IMG/VR virus record: IMGVR_UViG_3300025133_000039
Direction: 5' to 3' (one strand)
Length of the DNA: 64,000 nt
DNA from: an uncultured virus (IMG/VR IMGVR_UViG_3300025133_000039)
Lineage: Duplodnaviria; Heunggongvirae; Uroviricota; Caudoviricetes
The notes under the pieces were generated by a model, which was not told where the DNA came from, did not search any database, and saw only the letters and a list, made by a program, of their open reading frames with translations. Positions 1 through 9,036 of the stretch are shown in pieces. Position 1 is the first letter of the stretch, and each line of letters begins with the position of its first letter. The position numbers were made by a program, and so were the translations under genes.

Positions 1-1
1 C

Positions 2-223
2 ATCGTTGGCGCTTGCGTAGTAGACCCTGGGTATGAAGGGCACGTCTTCATTAACTTGAACAACGTGTCCAGTACTACTAAGCGTCTTGAGTATGGTCAG
101 AAGATCGCACAGCTGGTTCTAATTCCAATCGTGCACTTCATTCCAGAAGAAGTAGAAGAAATTTATCAAAACCCTGTAGCGATTTCTGATCGCGGCGCTG
201 GCGCACTGGGTAGTACGAACTAG
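2..223 (+). CDS. dut: dUTPase, C-terminal part (5' end lies outside the window)
   Basis: Manual translation from nt 2 gives IVGACVVDPGYEGHV...GQKIAQLVLIP...RGAGALGSTN*, matching trimeric dUTPase motifs III-V (GxIDxxYxG, RIAQ, RGxGGFGST). Confidence 0.9.
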   Translation: MVGACVVDPGYEGHVFINLNNVSSTTKRLEYGQKIAQLVLIPIVHFIPEEVEEIYQNPVAISDRGAGALGSTN

Positions 224-231
224 GAGAGTAC

Positions 232-831
232 GTGAGTTACGACACAGCAATCTTCGACCCTGAAGACTGGAAGACGCTATTGCGTGCCATCCTGCGCCAA
301 GCAATGGATGACTACGTTAAGCTTCAGCACCCAGCCTTCAGGAAGAAGAAGTATTTACAAGAAGCATTTGACAACGCAGTAGCTATGGTGTTCGACGAGT
401 CGTTTAGATTCAAGGCACCAGGGCTAAACAATGACGATGGTGAAGACATGTCGTTCCAGGACTTCTGTCAGGAACTCATGAGCAACCGCGTCAACCTTGA
501 TAACATGCGAAAGTATCTCATCAAGGATGCAAAGGAGTTCTGGGAGAACAAGGAGATTAAAACTCTCTATGTCCCAGAGAGTTTCATTTATGACGGTCAC
601 GTCTACGCCGTTCTTCACTCAGAAGAAGAGCCAGTGATCGATTTTGAAGACAAGCTCATCTATTGCAACAAGCGAGCAACCAACTCGGACAACCAGCTAG
701 AGTTTATGAAGATTGCGACTCAGGTAATGCTTTACCATGAGGAGCTACCCATGAAGGGTGCGAATGTCGAGCAGCTTGGAAAAGCTCTCTTCCGCATGCT
801 CAAGGTAAACTCATGCTTCACTGGACACTAG
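232..831 (+). CDS. hypothetical protein (199 aa)
   Basis: ORF with GTG start and AGGAG Shine-Dalgarno just after the dUTPase stop; no motif recognised. Confidence 0.7.
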   Translation: MSYDTAIFDPEDWKTLLRAILRQAMDDYVKLQHPAFRKKKYLQEAFDNAVAMVFDESFRFKAPGLNNDDGEDMSFQDFCQELMSNRVNLDNMRKYLIKDAKEFWENKEIKTLYVPESFIYDGHVYAVLHSEEEPVIDFEDKLIYCNKRATNSDNQLEFMKIATQVMLYHEELPMKGANVEQLGKALFRMLKVNSCFTGH

Positions 832-1200
832 TTCGGTCGAGGAATACTTACGTATCCCAGGTCGGATGAGTAAGGTTGTTCCAGTCTCAAGGAGTGCGGC
901 TTCCTCAGGGAGTCGCACTCCTTCGTAGTCTGGGCCTTTAACATAGTATTTAGGTCTCAATTTGCGAATTAGTGCAGAGGGCTCACTCTCCTCAAACACT
1001 ACGACTTCGCTAACCCATCTATTGGATTCGAGAACAAAAATGCGGTCGTTCAGTTTGACTGAACGCTCACCGTATTTCTTTACGTTTGCCTGGTTGCCAT
1101 TAATTCCGACTATTAATGGGCCATATTGACACGCCCACTTGAACATTCTAATATGGTCTGCGTGTAGGACATTAAAGTGCCCTGAACATAATACACTCAT
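811..1200 (-). CDS. cytidyltransferase-like nucleotidyltransferase resembling RfaE/HldE domain II (HldC-like)
   Basis: Motifs SGHFNVLHADH (HxGH variant), LIVGIN, YVKGPDY and YSST. Start reassigned to ATG at 1200, which has an AGGAG SD. Confidence 0.8.
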   Translation of the reverse strand: MSVLCSGHFNVLHADHIRMFKWACQYGPLIVGINGNQANVKKYGERSVKLNDRIFVLESNRWVSEVVVFEESEPSALIRKLRPKYYVKGPDYEGVRLPEEAALLETGTTLLIRPGIRKYSSTELVSSEA

Positions 1201-1218
1201 ATATACTCCTGGAGAGAT

Positions 1219-1758
1219 ATGCCTGACCAAACTAGGATAACAGAACCGCGCGGAGCCATGCTTGCTGGCCAAATTTTTGGAAAGCTTGAAGTTCTCAATT
1301 ACTCGCATGTCCATAAGAGAAAAAAGATGTGGACTTGCGTCTGTGCTTGTGGCAACAAAACTATAGTATCGACTGGCCAATTAAGAGCTGGAAGAACAAA
1401 ATCTTGCGGAGTCTCGGCCTGCTCCAGGGGCGATAGACATGGAGAAATCTGGTCATCTTTTTGGAATAACAAAAAGTATGACGCTTCAGCTCGCAACTTA
1501 GAGTTCTCAATCACAATTGAAGAAGCTTGGCAAAAGTTTCTACAACAGAATAGGCGCTGTGCCCTGAGTGGGCAACCAATTTATTTCGGCGCACGCTACA
1601 CACAAGATGAAACTACAGCATCAATGGACCGAGCGGATAACTCTATCGGATATACAAAAGGAAATGTCCAGTGGGTCCATAAAGAACTCAATCGTATGAA
1701 AGGGCAGCTGTCAATGAAAGAATTTAAATCAATCTGTCAGCTAGTAGCCCAAACCTAG
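1219..1758 (+). CDS. phage HNH-type / homing-endonuclease-like protein
   Basis: N-terminal FGKLEV...WTCVCACG...LRAGRTKSCG motif and C-terminal CALSG...SMDRADNSIGYTKGNVQWVHKELNRMK beta-beta-alpha-Me-like motif. Confidence 0.7.
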   Translation: MPDQTRITEPRGAMLAGQIFGKLEVLNYSHVHKRKKMWTCVCACGNKTIVSTGQLRAGRTKSCGVSACSRGDRHGEIWSSFWNNKKYDASARNLEFSITIEEAWQKFLQQNRRCALSGQPIYFGARYTQDETTASMDRADNSIGYTKGNVQWVHKELNRMKGQLSMKEFKSICQLVAQT

Positions 1759-1767
1759 GATTTCCGT

Positions 1768-2475
1768 ATGGAACACCTGTTAATTCCCCTTCTTTTCTTG
1801 TGCTGCCTTGCGCTAGCAGGTTTACTTCTGTGGTCCTGGATTTCCAGGGCTATCGCTGCAGCAACTATCAATGAGAACAATGATATCATAGAAGGCCTCC
1901 ACAGAGAGGCCATCGAGGACGGCGCAAAGTTAAAGAGGCTCGAAGAGAATCGAGACTACTTCAAGGACAAAGCAGATATTCTGGAGGTTGCTCAAGTGCG
2001 CCACCAGGACGAAATCCTCGAAATCGGTAGGCGCGCAGACGCTCACATGGCTGAGTGGAAAAAGACCGAAGAGCTACGGATCCGCAAGGATGCAAAGGCT
2101 CGAAGCAAGTCTATCGTAAAGGGGCTGACCCAGGAGCACTTCGCTCCGTTCTGGATCGCCCCAGACCTCGATCCTAGAGACTTTAGGTTCGTAGGTGACC
2201 CAGTTGACTATGTAATTTGCAGAGGCGCCTCAGCGGTCTCTAAGGGCCTTCAGGACCACGTTGACGAGGTTATCCTAATGGACGTGAAGACTGGGAAGGC
2301 TCAGCTCTCAAAAGTGCAGCGTCGCATTCGAGATGCAATTAATGAAGGAAGAGTCCGGTTTGCTGTTTACAACCCGGACAAAGAGCAAGAACTAGAATTG
2401 CAAAAGCTTCTAGCGAACGACAAAGGAAAAGAAAATGAGACCTCTCTGGAAGACGAAAGTCGTAATCTGGACTGA
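1768..2475 (+). CDS. Holliday-junction-resolvase-like endonuclease (Endonuc_Holl type) with an N-terminal membrane anchor
   Basis: Motif EHFAPF...PRDFRFVGDPVDYV...DVKTG..QLSKVQRRIRDAI; hydrophobic N-terminus followed by a coiled coil. Confidence 0.75.
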   Translation: MEHLLIPLLFLCCLALAGLLLWSWISRAIAAATINENNDIIEGLHREAIEDGAKLKRLEENRDYFKDKADILEVAQVRHQDEILEIGRRADAHMAEWKKTEELRIRKDAKARSKSIVKGLTQEHFAPFWIAPDLDPRDFRFVGDPVDYVICRGASAVSKGLQDHVDEVILMDVKTGKAQLSKVQRRIRDAINEGRVRFAVYNPDKEQELELQKLLANDKGKENETSLEDESRNLD

Positions 2476-2641
2476 GTATGATCCCGACCACCTCGGGTTA
2501 GAACAGCTGGCGCGCGAAGCCAACTCTGGCGATGCTATCTGCTCTCTGCAAATTAGCTTCCCTGTTGAAAGCCCGGAAGATGAACCCGACTGGGAGGAAG
2601 TCAATCATTTCTTTGAGCATGAGGAGAGGGATGAAGAATGA
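2435..2641 (+). CDS. hypothetical protein
   Basis: Small acidic ORF with an ATGA overlap to the next gene. Confidence 0.5.
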   Translation: MRPLWKTKVVIWTEYDPDHLGLEQLAREANSGDAICSLQISFPVESPEDEPDWEEVNHFFEHEERDEE

Positions 2642-3027
2642 CTCAGCAGGTTACAACAACACTCTATGGGCTCCACTATAAGTTCGACTGCGACGACGCC
2701 TACTACGTTTATAAAACGGATAGAGAATGCGAAGCTCAAAAATTACAAATTGCACTTGAGCACCGAGACAATTATGTAGAGCCCGACGTCCCCATTCAGG
2801 ACGTCGTTGACGACTGGGCAGAGTTCACCGACTACGAAGAGAACTTCCTCGACTTTCACGAAGAAATCACTTCGACCGCATTGACAAACCAGGAGCAAAT
2901 CCTCCTAGAAGAAGTGCTTGCATCTGTATCCGACCTGCTTAAAAAGCATGGGCCGTCTAAGAAGAGCACTCAGCTAGAAAAACTACTTGAGGCTTTAGTC
3001 TCTGCAGATACAATTATTTTGGAGTAA
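2638..3027 (+). CDS. hypothetical protein
   Basis: ORF in a tightly packed operon. Confidence 0.6.
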   Translation: MTQQVTTTLYGLHYKFDCDDAYYVYKTDRECEAQKLQIALEHRDNYVEPDVPIQDVVDDWAEFTDYEENFLDFHEEITSTALTNQEQILLEEVLASVSDLLKKHGPSKKSTQLEKLLEALVSADTIILE

Positions 3028-3029
3028 AG

Positions 3030-3437
3030 ATGGCTAACTACAATGCATTTGTACGCTCGTCGTACTTTGCCGTGAACGATATCGAAGCATTTAAGAACTG
3101 GTTTAACGGACTTGGAGCAGATCTCGAGGTTTGGGACGGCAAAAACGACGATGGGGTACCGCTGGTAGCTTTCGGCGGATACGAAACAGTCCCCGATTCT
3201 AGATACAACGAAGAAGTTGGTGACTGGGATGAAATTGATTTCTTCCAGGAGCTACAAGACCACATTACTGATGGGTGGGCCGTTATCATTCAAGAAGCGG
3301 GCTACGAAAAGCTAAGATATCTCAGCACCTACGTATGGACTGTTACCAACGAGGAGATCGACTTCTACAACCCTATGGGTGAAGCTCGTGACGCTCTCAA
3401 AGCAGCAGATCTGTATTTTACTGACGCAACATATTAG
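3030..3437 (+). CDS. hypothetical protein
   Basis: Acidic ORF with a GGAG SD. Confidence 0.6.
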   Translation: MANYNAFVRSSYFAVNDIEAFKNWFNGLGADLEVWDGKNDDGVPLVAFGGYETVPDSRYNEEVGDWDEIDFFQELQDHITDGWAVIIQEAGYEKLRYLSTYVWTVTNEEIDFYNPMGEARDALKAADLYFTDATY

Positions 3438-3444
3438 GAATGAA

Positions 3445-4533
3445 ATGGGAGTAAAGAAAGTAACTGGTATCAAGGAAGTTGATGCCATCGCCGCAGCGCT
3501 TAATAAAAAGTTCGGAACAGAGGGAATCATCTCTCTCGGCCCCCTAATTCAGGAGGTAGAAACTGTTCCTACAGGCTCACTGTCTTTGGACTGCCAGCTA
3601 GGTGTAGGCGGACTTCCTGTAGACCGCGTAATTGAGATCTTCGGACCCACCTCTGGTGGAAAGACGTCTCTAGCACTACAGATTATGAAGCAGTGGGTAG
3701 ACGTGTACGGCTACGACCGTCCACCAGCGTTTATCGACCTAGAACATACGACTGGTATCGACATGATTACCAGTATGGGCCTCGATCCAAACAGGATTAT
3801 CTTTGCGCAGCCCGATACCGCTGAACAGGCGCTACAGCTGGCTGAAGACCTAGGTAAGACGGGGAAGATCGGCATGATCATCTTCGACTCGGTAGATGCC
3901 GCAGAAGCAGAGCGTACCTCTAAGAGGGATATTGGTGAGGCTGGCGTCGCTGACCTACCAAGACTTATGTCTCAGTCACTGAGGCGGCTGTCTAAGCTTT
4001 GTGTGAAAAACAAGGTGATGTACGTATTCATTAACCAGATTCGAATGAAGATTGGTGTGATGTACGGCAACCCCGAAACGACTAGCGGAGGCAATGCGCT
4101 CCCCTTCTATAGCTCGGTCAGGCTACGAGTAACCTCGAAGTATGACAAGAAGCTACTAAACCACCTGAACATGAAGGTTAAGGTGGTCAAGAATAAGTTG
4201 GCACCAGCTGACAAGACGGCAGAATTCGTCTTCAAGTGTGGCTATGGCACCGACACAACACAGGACGTACTCGACTTTGCTAAGGACATAGGCATTCTGC
4301 GCTATGCTAGCGTCTCTACGTTCGTTACCCATGATGGCGAAGAGGAAGTAAGAGTCTCTAGCCAAGGAGGAAAAGATGGCGCCAGAGCCTTCTATCTCAA
4401 CCCGGACAATGCAGCAGATTTCGAGAAGCTACGAGCTTCTTGCTACAGTATCTCCGGAATTGCACCTGCAGTCGGAAACGATTCAGAACCTAGCAGCGAA
4501 CCTGCTAGCCCAGCTGAAGCTACTGGAGCTTGA
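3445..4533 (+). CDS. recA: RecA/UvsX-like recombinase
   Basis: Motifs TGSLSLD.LGVGGLP, Walker A GPTSGGKTS, IIFDSV and FINQIRMKIGVMYGNPETTSGGNALPFYSSVRL. Likely start is ATG 3445. Confidence 0.95.
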   Translation: MGVKKVTGIKEVDAIAAALNKKFGTEGIISLGPLIQEVETVPTGSLSLDCQLGVGGLPVDRVIEIFGPTSGGKTSLALQIMKQWVDVYGYDRPPAFIDLEHTTGIDMITSMGLDPNRIIFAQPDTAEQALQLAEDLGKTGKIGMIIFDSVDAAEAERTSKRDIGEAGVADLPRLMSQSLRRLSKLCVKNKVMYVFINQIRMKIGVMYGNPETTSGGNALPFYSSVRLRVTSKYDKKLLNHLNMKVKVVKNKLAPADKTAEFVFKCGYGTDTTQDVLDFAKDIGILRYASVSTFVTHDGEEEVRVSSQGGKDGARAFYLNPDNAADFEKLRASCYSISGIAPAVGNDSEPSSEPASPAEATGA

Positions 4534-4762
4534 ACAGAATAGGCCAAACCCAGAAGAGCCAATCTACTGCGCTAGCACAGGTAAGCTACTGTTTACCCTA
4601 ATCGATGGCGAGAGCATGGTGAAGCATGAGTCCTGTGGACGATGCACTGAGTGTGGCCACTTCTTTCATCTAGATGCGCTACACACTCCGGACGGAATGA
4701 AGGCTGCAGCATGGCCAATCCACTATGTGGGATACCACTGTGAGGATTGCTGGAATAGTTAA
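4376..4762 (+). CDS. small Cys/His-rich (zinc-finger-like) hypothetical protein; start uncertain
   Basis: CxxCxxCxH and HCxxC motifs; the 5' part overlaps recA. Confidence 0.4.
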   Translation: MAPEPSISTRTMQQISRSYELLATVSPELHLQSETIQNLAANLLAQLKLLELEQNRPNPEEPIYCASTGKLLFTLIDGESMVKHESCGRCTECGHFFHLDALHTPDGMKAAAWPIHYVGYHCEDCWNS

Positions 4763-4768
4763 CTAATT

Positions 4769-4794
4769 GATGGGGCGGGTTCGCCCGCCCCATC
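4769..4794. terminator. GC-rich hairpin with a UUCG loop (terminator or RNA-stability element)
   Basis: GATGGGGCGGG-TTCG-CCCGCCCCATC is a perfect 11-bp intergenic stem; no clear U-tract. Confidence 0.55.
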
Positions 4795-4813
4795 CACTCC
4801 CTAGGACAATAAG

Positions 4814-5095
4814 ATGATTTTCGATTTACGAGGGAACAGAGTTTCCCTGAATTCACCCGTTGTCTTTACTGTGGGAGGCGGCAGTCTTGAGCTTGGCCGC
4901 GTTGTACACTTTTCAAGTGGCCAGCTTCAGCCTGGACACATTCGTGTAGAGGTGCCCTGTATGCAGTGGAACCGCGACCTGCGCATCCACCAACCTGGTG
5001 TTAAAGAGATTAAGCTAAAGCTTAACCGTCACTGGAAGTACGACAATGACGGCACTCCACTCTGTGACAGAGTGATGCTTTTGGAGCAACGATGA
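4814..5095 (+). CDS. hypothetical protein
   Basis: ORF with an AGGA SD. Confidence 0.55.
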   Translation: MIFDLRGNRVSLNSPVVFTVGGGSLELGRVVHFSSGQLQPGHIRVEVPCMQWNRDLRIHQPGVKEIKLKLNRHWKYDNDGTPLCDRVMLLEQR

Positions 5096-5511
5096 GCAAG
5101 AGAGAACGAATCAAGGCAGCTCTAAGGCTAGTCTCCCCTCTACACATCTATAGGTGTGCTAAAGCTTGGAACGCTCCCCTTAAGGTTGACCTAAGTAGCG
5201 ATACCATCGCGCATCCCAGGGTAGGCGCTGCGCTAGTCACGCTTTTAGAGCTGTTTGAAGCCACCTCGGAGGCTAAGAACTTTCTCACCATGAAAGTTGA
5301 GTACCTGGGACTCTATCAGGTTACTATCTCAAAGGTAGGTATCGATCCTTGGCATGCCGCCGGCGTTTACGGGACAGCTCTAAAAGAGGCCGGCATCAAG
5401 CCCCCAAGTATAGAAGGTCGAGCTAGCCTGCTCGACAAGGTTAAAGCAAGGTACATTCTCAACGGCGATCCGTTGCCCGATTGGCTAAAAGAAGATGTTT
5501 GCGAATCATGA
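5092..5511 (+). CDS. hypothetical protein
   Basis: ATGA-coupled ORF. Confidence 0.55.
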   Translation: MSKRERIKAALRLVSPLHIYRCAKAWNAPLKVDLSSDTIAHPRVGAALVTLLELFEATSEAKNFLTMKVEYLGLYQVTISKVGIDPWHAAGVYGTALKEAGIKPPSIEGRASLLDKVKARYILNGDPLPDWLKEDVCES

Positions 5512-5791
5512 ACTTATATTCGCTGCCCCAAGACTATACTCTGCACTAGAAAGTACTTTTCCAAAAGAGGAGGGGTGGCGATGGGACTGGCTCTATGCTA
5601 ACGAAATCAAAGTACGAATAAAGTACGTTAGCAAGGAAGGGGTTAGACATGGGCTCGCTCTCGAACTTAGTGCCAACAATCTGGACGCATCTCAAGAAAT
5701 CCTTGAAATTTATATTCGGGAAGCTATTAAAGCCATCCGACGACAGATATGTGCTTATGCAGATAGATACCCCAAGCAAAATGCCGACTAG
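5495..5791 (+). CDS. hypothetical protein
   Basis: ORF in the operon. Confidence 0.5.
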   Translation: MFANHELIFAAPRLYSALESTFPKEEGWRWDWLYANEIKVRIKYVSKEGVRHGLALELSANNLDASQEILEIYIREAIKAIRRQICAYADRYPKQNAD

Positions 5792-6017
5792 AAGCTGGAT
5801 GCTGCCGCAATCGCTTGGGATGATTTCGGAACCATCTATGGTGCTTATCAAGGAGTACCTCGAAAATAAGTATGCAGGACGAGCAATCTCCGAAGAACTG
5901 CGCAATGTTATGGCCGCCGACGGCGACAGCATTCTCTGTGACCTAGGCTTTAATCACCTGAGAATGTCGGTAAAGACCGAATTCAATACAGCAAATATCA
6001 ATTTCCATTACAGGTAA
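5781..6017 (+). CDS. hypothetical protein
   Basis: In-frame ATG at 5781 fills the gap between neighbouring genes. Confidence 0.45.
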   Translation: MPTRSWMLPQSLGMISEPSMVLIKEYLENKYAGRAISEELRNVMAADGDSILCDLGFNHLRMSVKTEFNTANINFHYR

Positions 6018-6019
6018 AA

Positions 6020-6268
6020 ATGAGCAAAACAGTACTTACGTTCGCCCTTTTGTGGCAGGACCGCACATGGGATCAGCGAGACTTCGAGATCCCAACAGAA
6101 GAATTCGAAGAGACTAGAGCCCGCTGGGACAACGACTTTCTCACCGAGGCAGAAATGACTGAGGGCTGGGAAGCCTGGCTCCTTAACGGAGCGGCCAGAG
6201 GGTTTAAGAACCTCGTTGGCATTCAGTATTGGGGCGACTACCAGCTCGAAGAAGAAGACGAAGAATGA
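6020..6268 (+). CDS. hypothetical acidic protein
   Basis: ORF with an AGGT SD, ATGA-coupled to thyX. Confidence 0.55.
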   Translation: MSKTVLTFALLWQDRTWDQRDFEIPTEEFEETRARWDNDFLTEAEMTEGWEAWLLNGAARGFKNLVGIQYWGDYQLEEEDEE

Positions 6269-7116
6269 GCAAAGAAGAGCTACTAGAGAAGTATCGCGGG
6301 GAAGGTATCTCCGTCCTGGATGACGGATTCGTCAAACTCATTAACTACATGGGTGATGACGATGCAGTCGCTAACGCTGCTCGGGTTTCCTACGCTGCTG
6401 GAACCAAAACAAAGCGTGACAATAAGCAACTGGTTCGCTTCCTGATGCGTCACCAACACTACAGCCCTTTTGGGCAGTGTCAGGTACAATTTCATTTACG
6501 CTTGCCCATTTATGTGCATAACCAATTCATTCGTCACGACCGATTCACTTGGAACATGATGTCCGGGCGTTACTCTGTAATGCCTGATGCAAAGTGGACC
6601 CCAGGAGCCGACGACCTCCGAGGTCAAGGCTCTGGGAACAAGCAAGTTGGCAACGGAGTTCTCGGACAAACTGCAAATGGGGCGGCTGCTGATATCGAGT
6701 ACGCCTATGATATCGCTAGCCAGTCTTACGCCTACCTCCTAGGGGTTGGTGTCTGCCGAGAGCAGGCCCGAACAGTACTCCCTATGGGTCAGTATACTGA
6801 GGGCGTAGTAACCGCCAACCTGGGCGACTGGATGCTATTCCTACGTCAGCGGCTAGACCTCCATGCTCAGCTCGAAATTCGAGTATACGCAAAGGCAATT
6901 GCCTCTATTCTAGAGGAGCTATTCCCTGCAGCCATGGAGGCTTTCTATGACTACCAGCTATACAGCGCGCAGTTTAGCCGCATGGAGCTAGCCATACTGA
7001 AGGGCTTGACTATGGGCGCAACTCGCGACGAGGTCGTTGAATTAATGGAAATCGAAAACCTCAGCAAGCGCGAGCGCAAGGAATTCCTCACCAAGCTTGA
7101 TTACGTATCGGAATAA
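6265..7116 (+). CDS. thyX: FAD-dependent thymidylate synthase ThyX
   Basis: Motifs AARVSY, LMRHQHYSPF, RHDRFTWNMMSGRY (ThyX RH...S.RY), REQARTVLP and HAQLEIR. Start is ATG 6265. Confidence 0.93.
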   Translation: MSKEELLEKYRGEGISVLDDGFVKLINYMGDDDAVANAARVSYAAGTKTKRDNKQLVRFLMRHQHYSPFGQCQVQFHLRLPIYVHNQFIRHDRFTWNMMSGRYSVMPDAKWTPGADDLRGQGSGNKQVGNGVLGQTANGAAADIEYAYDIASQSYAYLLGVGVCREQARTVLPMGQYTEGVVTANLGDWMLFLRQRLDLHAQLEIRVYAKAIASILEELFPAAMEAFYDYQLYSAQFSRMELAILKGLTMGATRDEVVELMEIENLSKRERKEFLTKLDYVSE

Positions 7117-7118
7117 AA

Positions 7119-8435
7119 ATGACTGAAGAACACGCAGGTGACTTTGTGCACCTCCATGTGCACACGGAGTACTCTCTACTAGATGGAATCAATAGAACGG
7201 ATACGCTACCCGAGTATATTAAGGGACTAGGGCAGAAGGCGGTAGCGATTACCGACCACGGTAACGTCAGCGGAAGCTACGAGTTCTTCAAGTCATGCAA
7301 TAAGGCAGGCGTACAACCCATCATTGGGATGGAGGCCTACTATTCTACTGCTGGTAGGAAGATTAAGGAGCGCGACGACCTGGGCCAGAATTACTACCAT
7401 ATGGTTCTAATCGCCCTCAACAATGAGGGGCTTCACAACCTCTTCAAGCTCTCATCTAGAGCGTATGAAGACGGTATGTACTACAAGCCTCGAATTGATG
7501 ACGAGTTGATTGGCGAACTGTCTAGTGGGATTATGGCCACGACCGCATGTCTTGGCTCACGCATTTCTCAGCTGATTCTTAACGATAGAATCGCAGACGC
7601 AGAGTACGTTCTAGACCATCACAAGGCTATGTTTGATGGGCGACTACTCATTGAGCTGCAGCTACACGAAGGCGAGCAGGAGATTGTGAACAAGGTCTTG
7701 TTTGAGCTAGCGGCTAAGAAGAATATGCCGATGGTTCTCACCAACGACTGCCACTATCAGCTCGGTGAAGATAAGTTACTCCACGAGTCAGCTCTATGCA
7801 TGCAAACCGGTGATACACTGTCGAACCCTAAGAGGTTCTCTTTCGGTGATATCGATGTTCACGTAGCTAGTAGGGACTGGATGTGGAACCGCGCAAGCAA
7901 GCTGCACCTACCCTACGAGGTAATCGACAACACTGCCTATGTTGCAGAACTTGTTGACTCAGAGGATTACTTCTCTGATCGGCTCAACCGGTACCCAGAG
8001 TTTCAGGGGCTCGCAGAAGGAATCACTGCACCAGAGGAATTAGCTTACCAAGCCCAGAAGGGGCTGGTGGCGCGCTTTAATGGTGAGATGCCTCCGGAAG
8101 TCTATCGAAAACGGCTGGACCACGAACTACATATTATCAAGAAGATGGGATTCTCCAACTACTTGCTGATTGTGCAGGAGTTCATTGATGCGGCTAGAGA
8201 GCTTGAGGTCCCAGTAGGGCCTGGTAGAGGTAGTGCGGCGGGTTCGCTTGTAGCCTACGCCCTTAACGTAACTCAGATCGATCCAATCAAGTATGACTTG
8301 ATTTTCGAACGGTTCCTGAACGCTGGACGTGGAGCAATTCCCGTTCTATTCAACAAAGAAATGAAGCAGCATATCGTTACCCATACTGGGTGCGGCTGCA
8401 ATCACTCAGGAGGGCTGGTATGTCATCAGCACTAG
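7119..8435 (+). CDS. dnaE: DNA polymerase III alpha (DnaE) fragment 1: PHP domain plus the start of the palm
   Basis: Motifs HLHVHTEYSLLDG, AITDHG, TNDCHY, GPGRGSAAGSLVAYAL and FERFLN; terminates before PDIDIDF. Confidence 0.95.
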   Translation: MTEEHAGDFVHLHVHTEYSLLDGINRTDTLPEYIKGLGQKAVAITDHGNVSGSYEFFKSCNKAGVQPIIGMEAYYSTAGRKIKERDDLGQNYYHMVLIALNNEGLHNLFKLSSRAYEDGMYYKPRIDDELIGELSSGIMATTACLGSRISQLILNDRIADAEYVLDHHKAMFDGRLLIELQLHEGEQEIVNKVLFELAAKKNMPMVLTNDCHYQLGEDKLLHESALCMQTGDTLSNPKRFSFGDIDVHVASRDWMWNRASKLHLPYEVIDNTAYVAELVDSEDYFSDRLNRYPEFQGLAEGITAPEELAYQAQKGLVARFNGEMPPEVYRKRLDHELHIIKKMGFSNYLLIVQEFIDAARELEVPVGPGRGSAAGSLVAYALNVTQIDPIKYDLIFERFLNAGRGAIPVLFNKEMKQHIVTHTGCGCNHSGGLVCHQH

Positions 8436-8644
8436 TAAACTTGAGAGTTCACTCTCTCTGGAACGACCTTCGTGTGCTTACTGAAGCACACGATTTACTC
8501 GAACGACTATACAACTCTGCATCCGTGGAGCAATGGTCAGGATTCATCACAGACATCACGAATAGTGAAGAAGAGTATATCAACCTCTTCGCAGACCTGG
8601 ACGAGATGTTTCGAGGCAGTGACCGGGTTCAGTTGAACCCCTAG
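8420..8644 (+). CDS. hypothetical protein between dnaE fragments 1 and 2
   Basis: ORF MSSALVNL... with a GGAGG SD upstream. Confidence 0.5.
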   Translation: MSSALVNLRVHSLWNDLRVLTEAHDLLERLYNSASVEQWSGFITDITNSEEEYINLFADLDEMFRGSDRVQLNP

Positions 8645-8645
8645 C

Positions 8646-9014
8646 TTACCAAACGGTAGCGCTAATCGTGGAGCCAGTACTAAGCGTAAGAGCTGTAATT
8701 TGGAACGTGGAGATCTGTAGACCTTCAACAGTTTCAATCGTCTCACCAACGCTAGTGAAAACTGGCTGACTAGTCTCTGGCTCCATAAGAATTAGCTGAT
8801 CAGCGCTCTCCTCGTTCTCCTTTAGGATGCGGGGAGAGTTGTTGAGCCGATAAGATATTTCATCTGCGGAATCAGTAGTATTAAACTGAATCCCTCTAGC
8901 AGGTCGCCCAAGGACGTCTTCAACGTCAACAACATCTGCCACCGCAATAGCTGTAATAAGCGCAGTTCGTTCCTGCGACGGGACGTTTCGTGATACCTTA
9001 ACGTATGTAGCCAT
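8646..9014 (-). CDS. hypothetical beta-rich protein, possibly virion-associated, antisense within the dnaE locus
   Basis: 122-aa ORF with a GGAGAG SD that fills the gap exactly. Confidence 0.6.
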   Translation of the reverse strand: MATYVKVSRNVPSQERTALITAIAVADVVDVEDVLGRPARGIQFNTTDSADEISYRLNNSPRILKENEESADQLILMEPETSQPVFTSVGETIETVEGLQISTFQITALTLSTGSTISATVW

Positions 9015-9036
9015 TTTTAAACTCTCCGGGAGAATT

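Noticed and set aside
1201..1380. N-terminal extension of the 811..1380 ORF given in the ORF track
   Set aside because: It overlaps the HNH gene. The nucleotidyltransferase fold starts at ATG 1200, which has a good SD.
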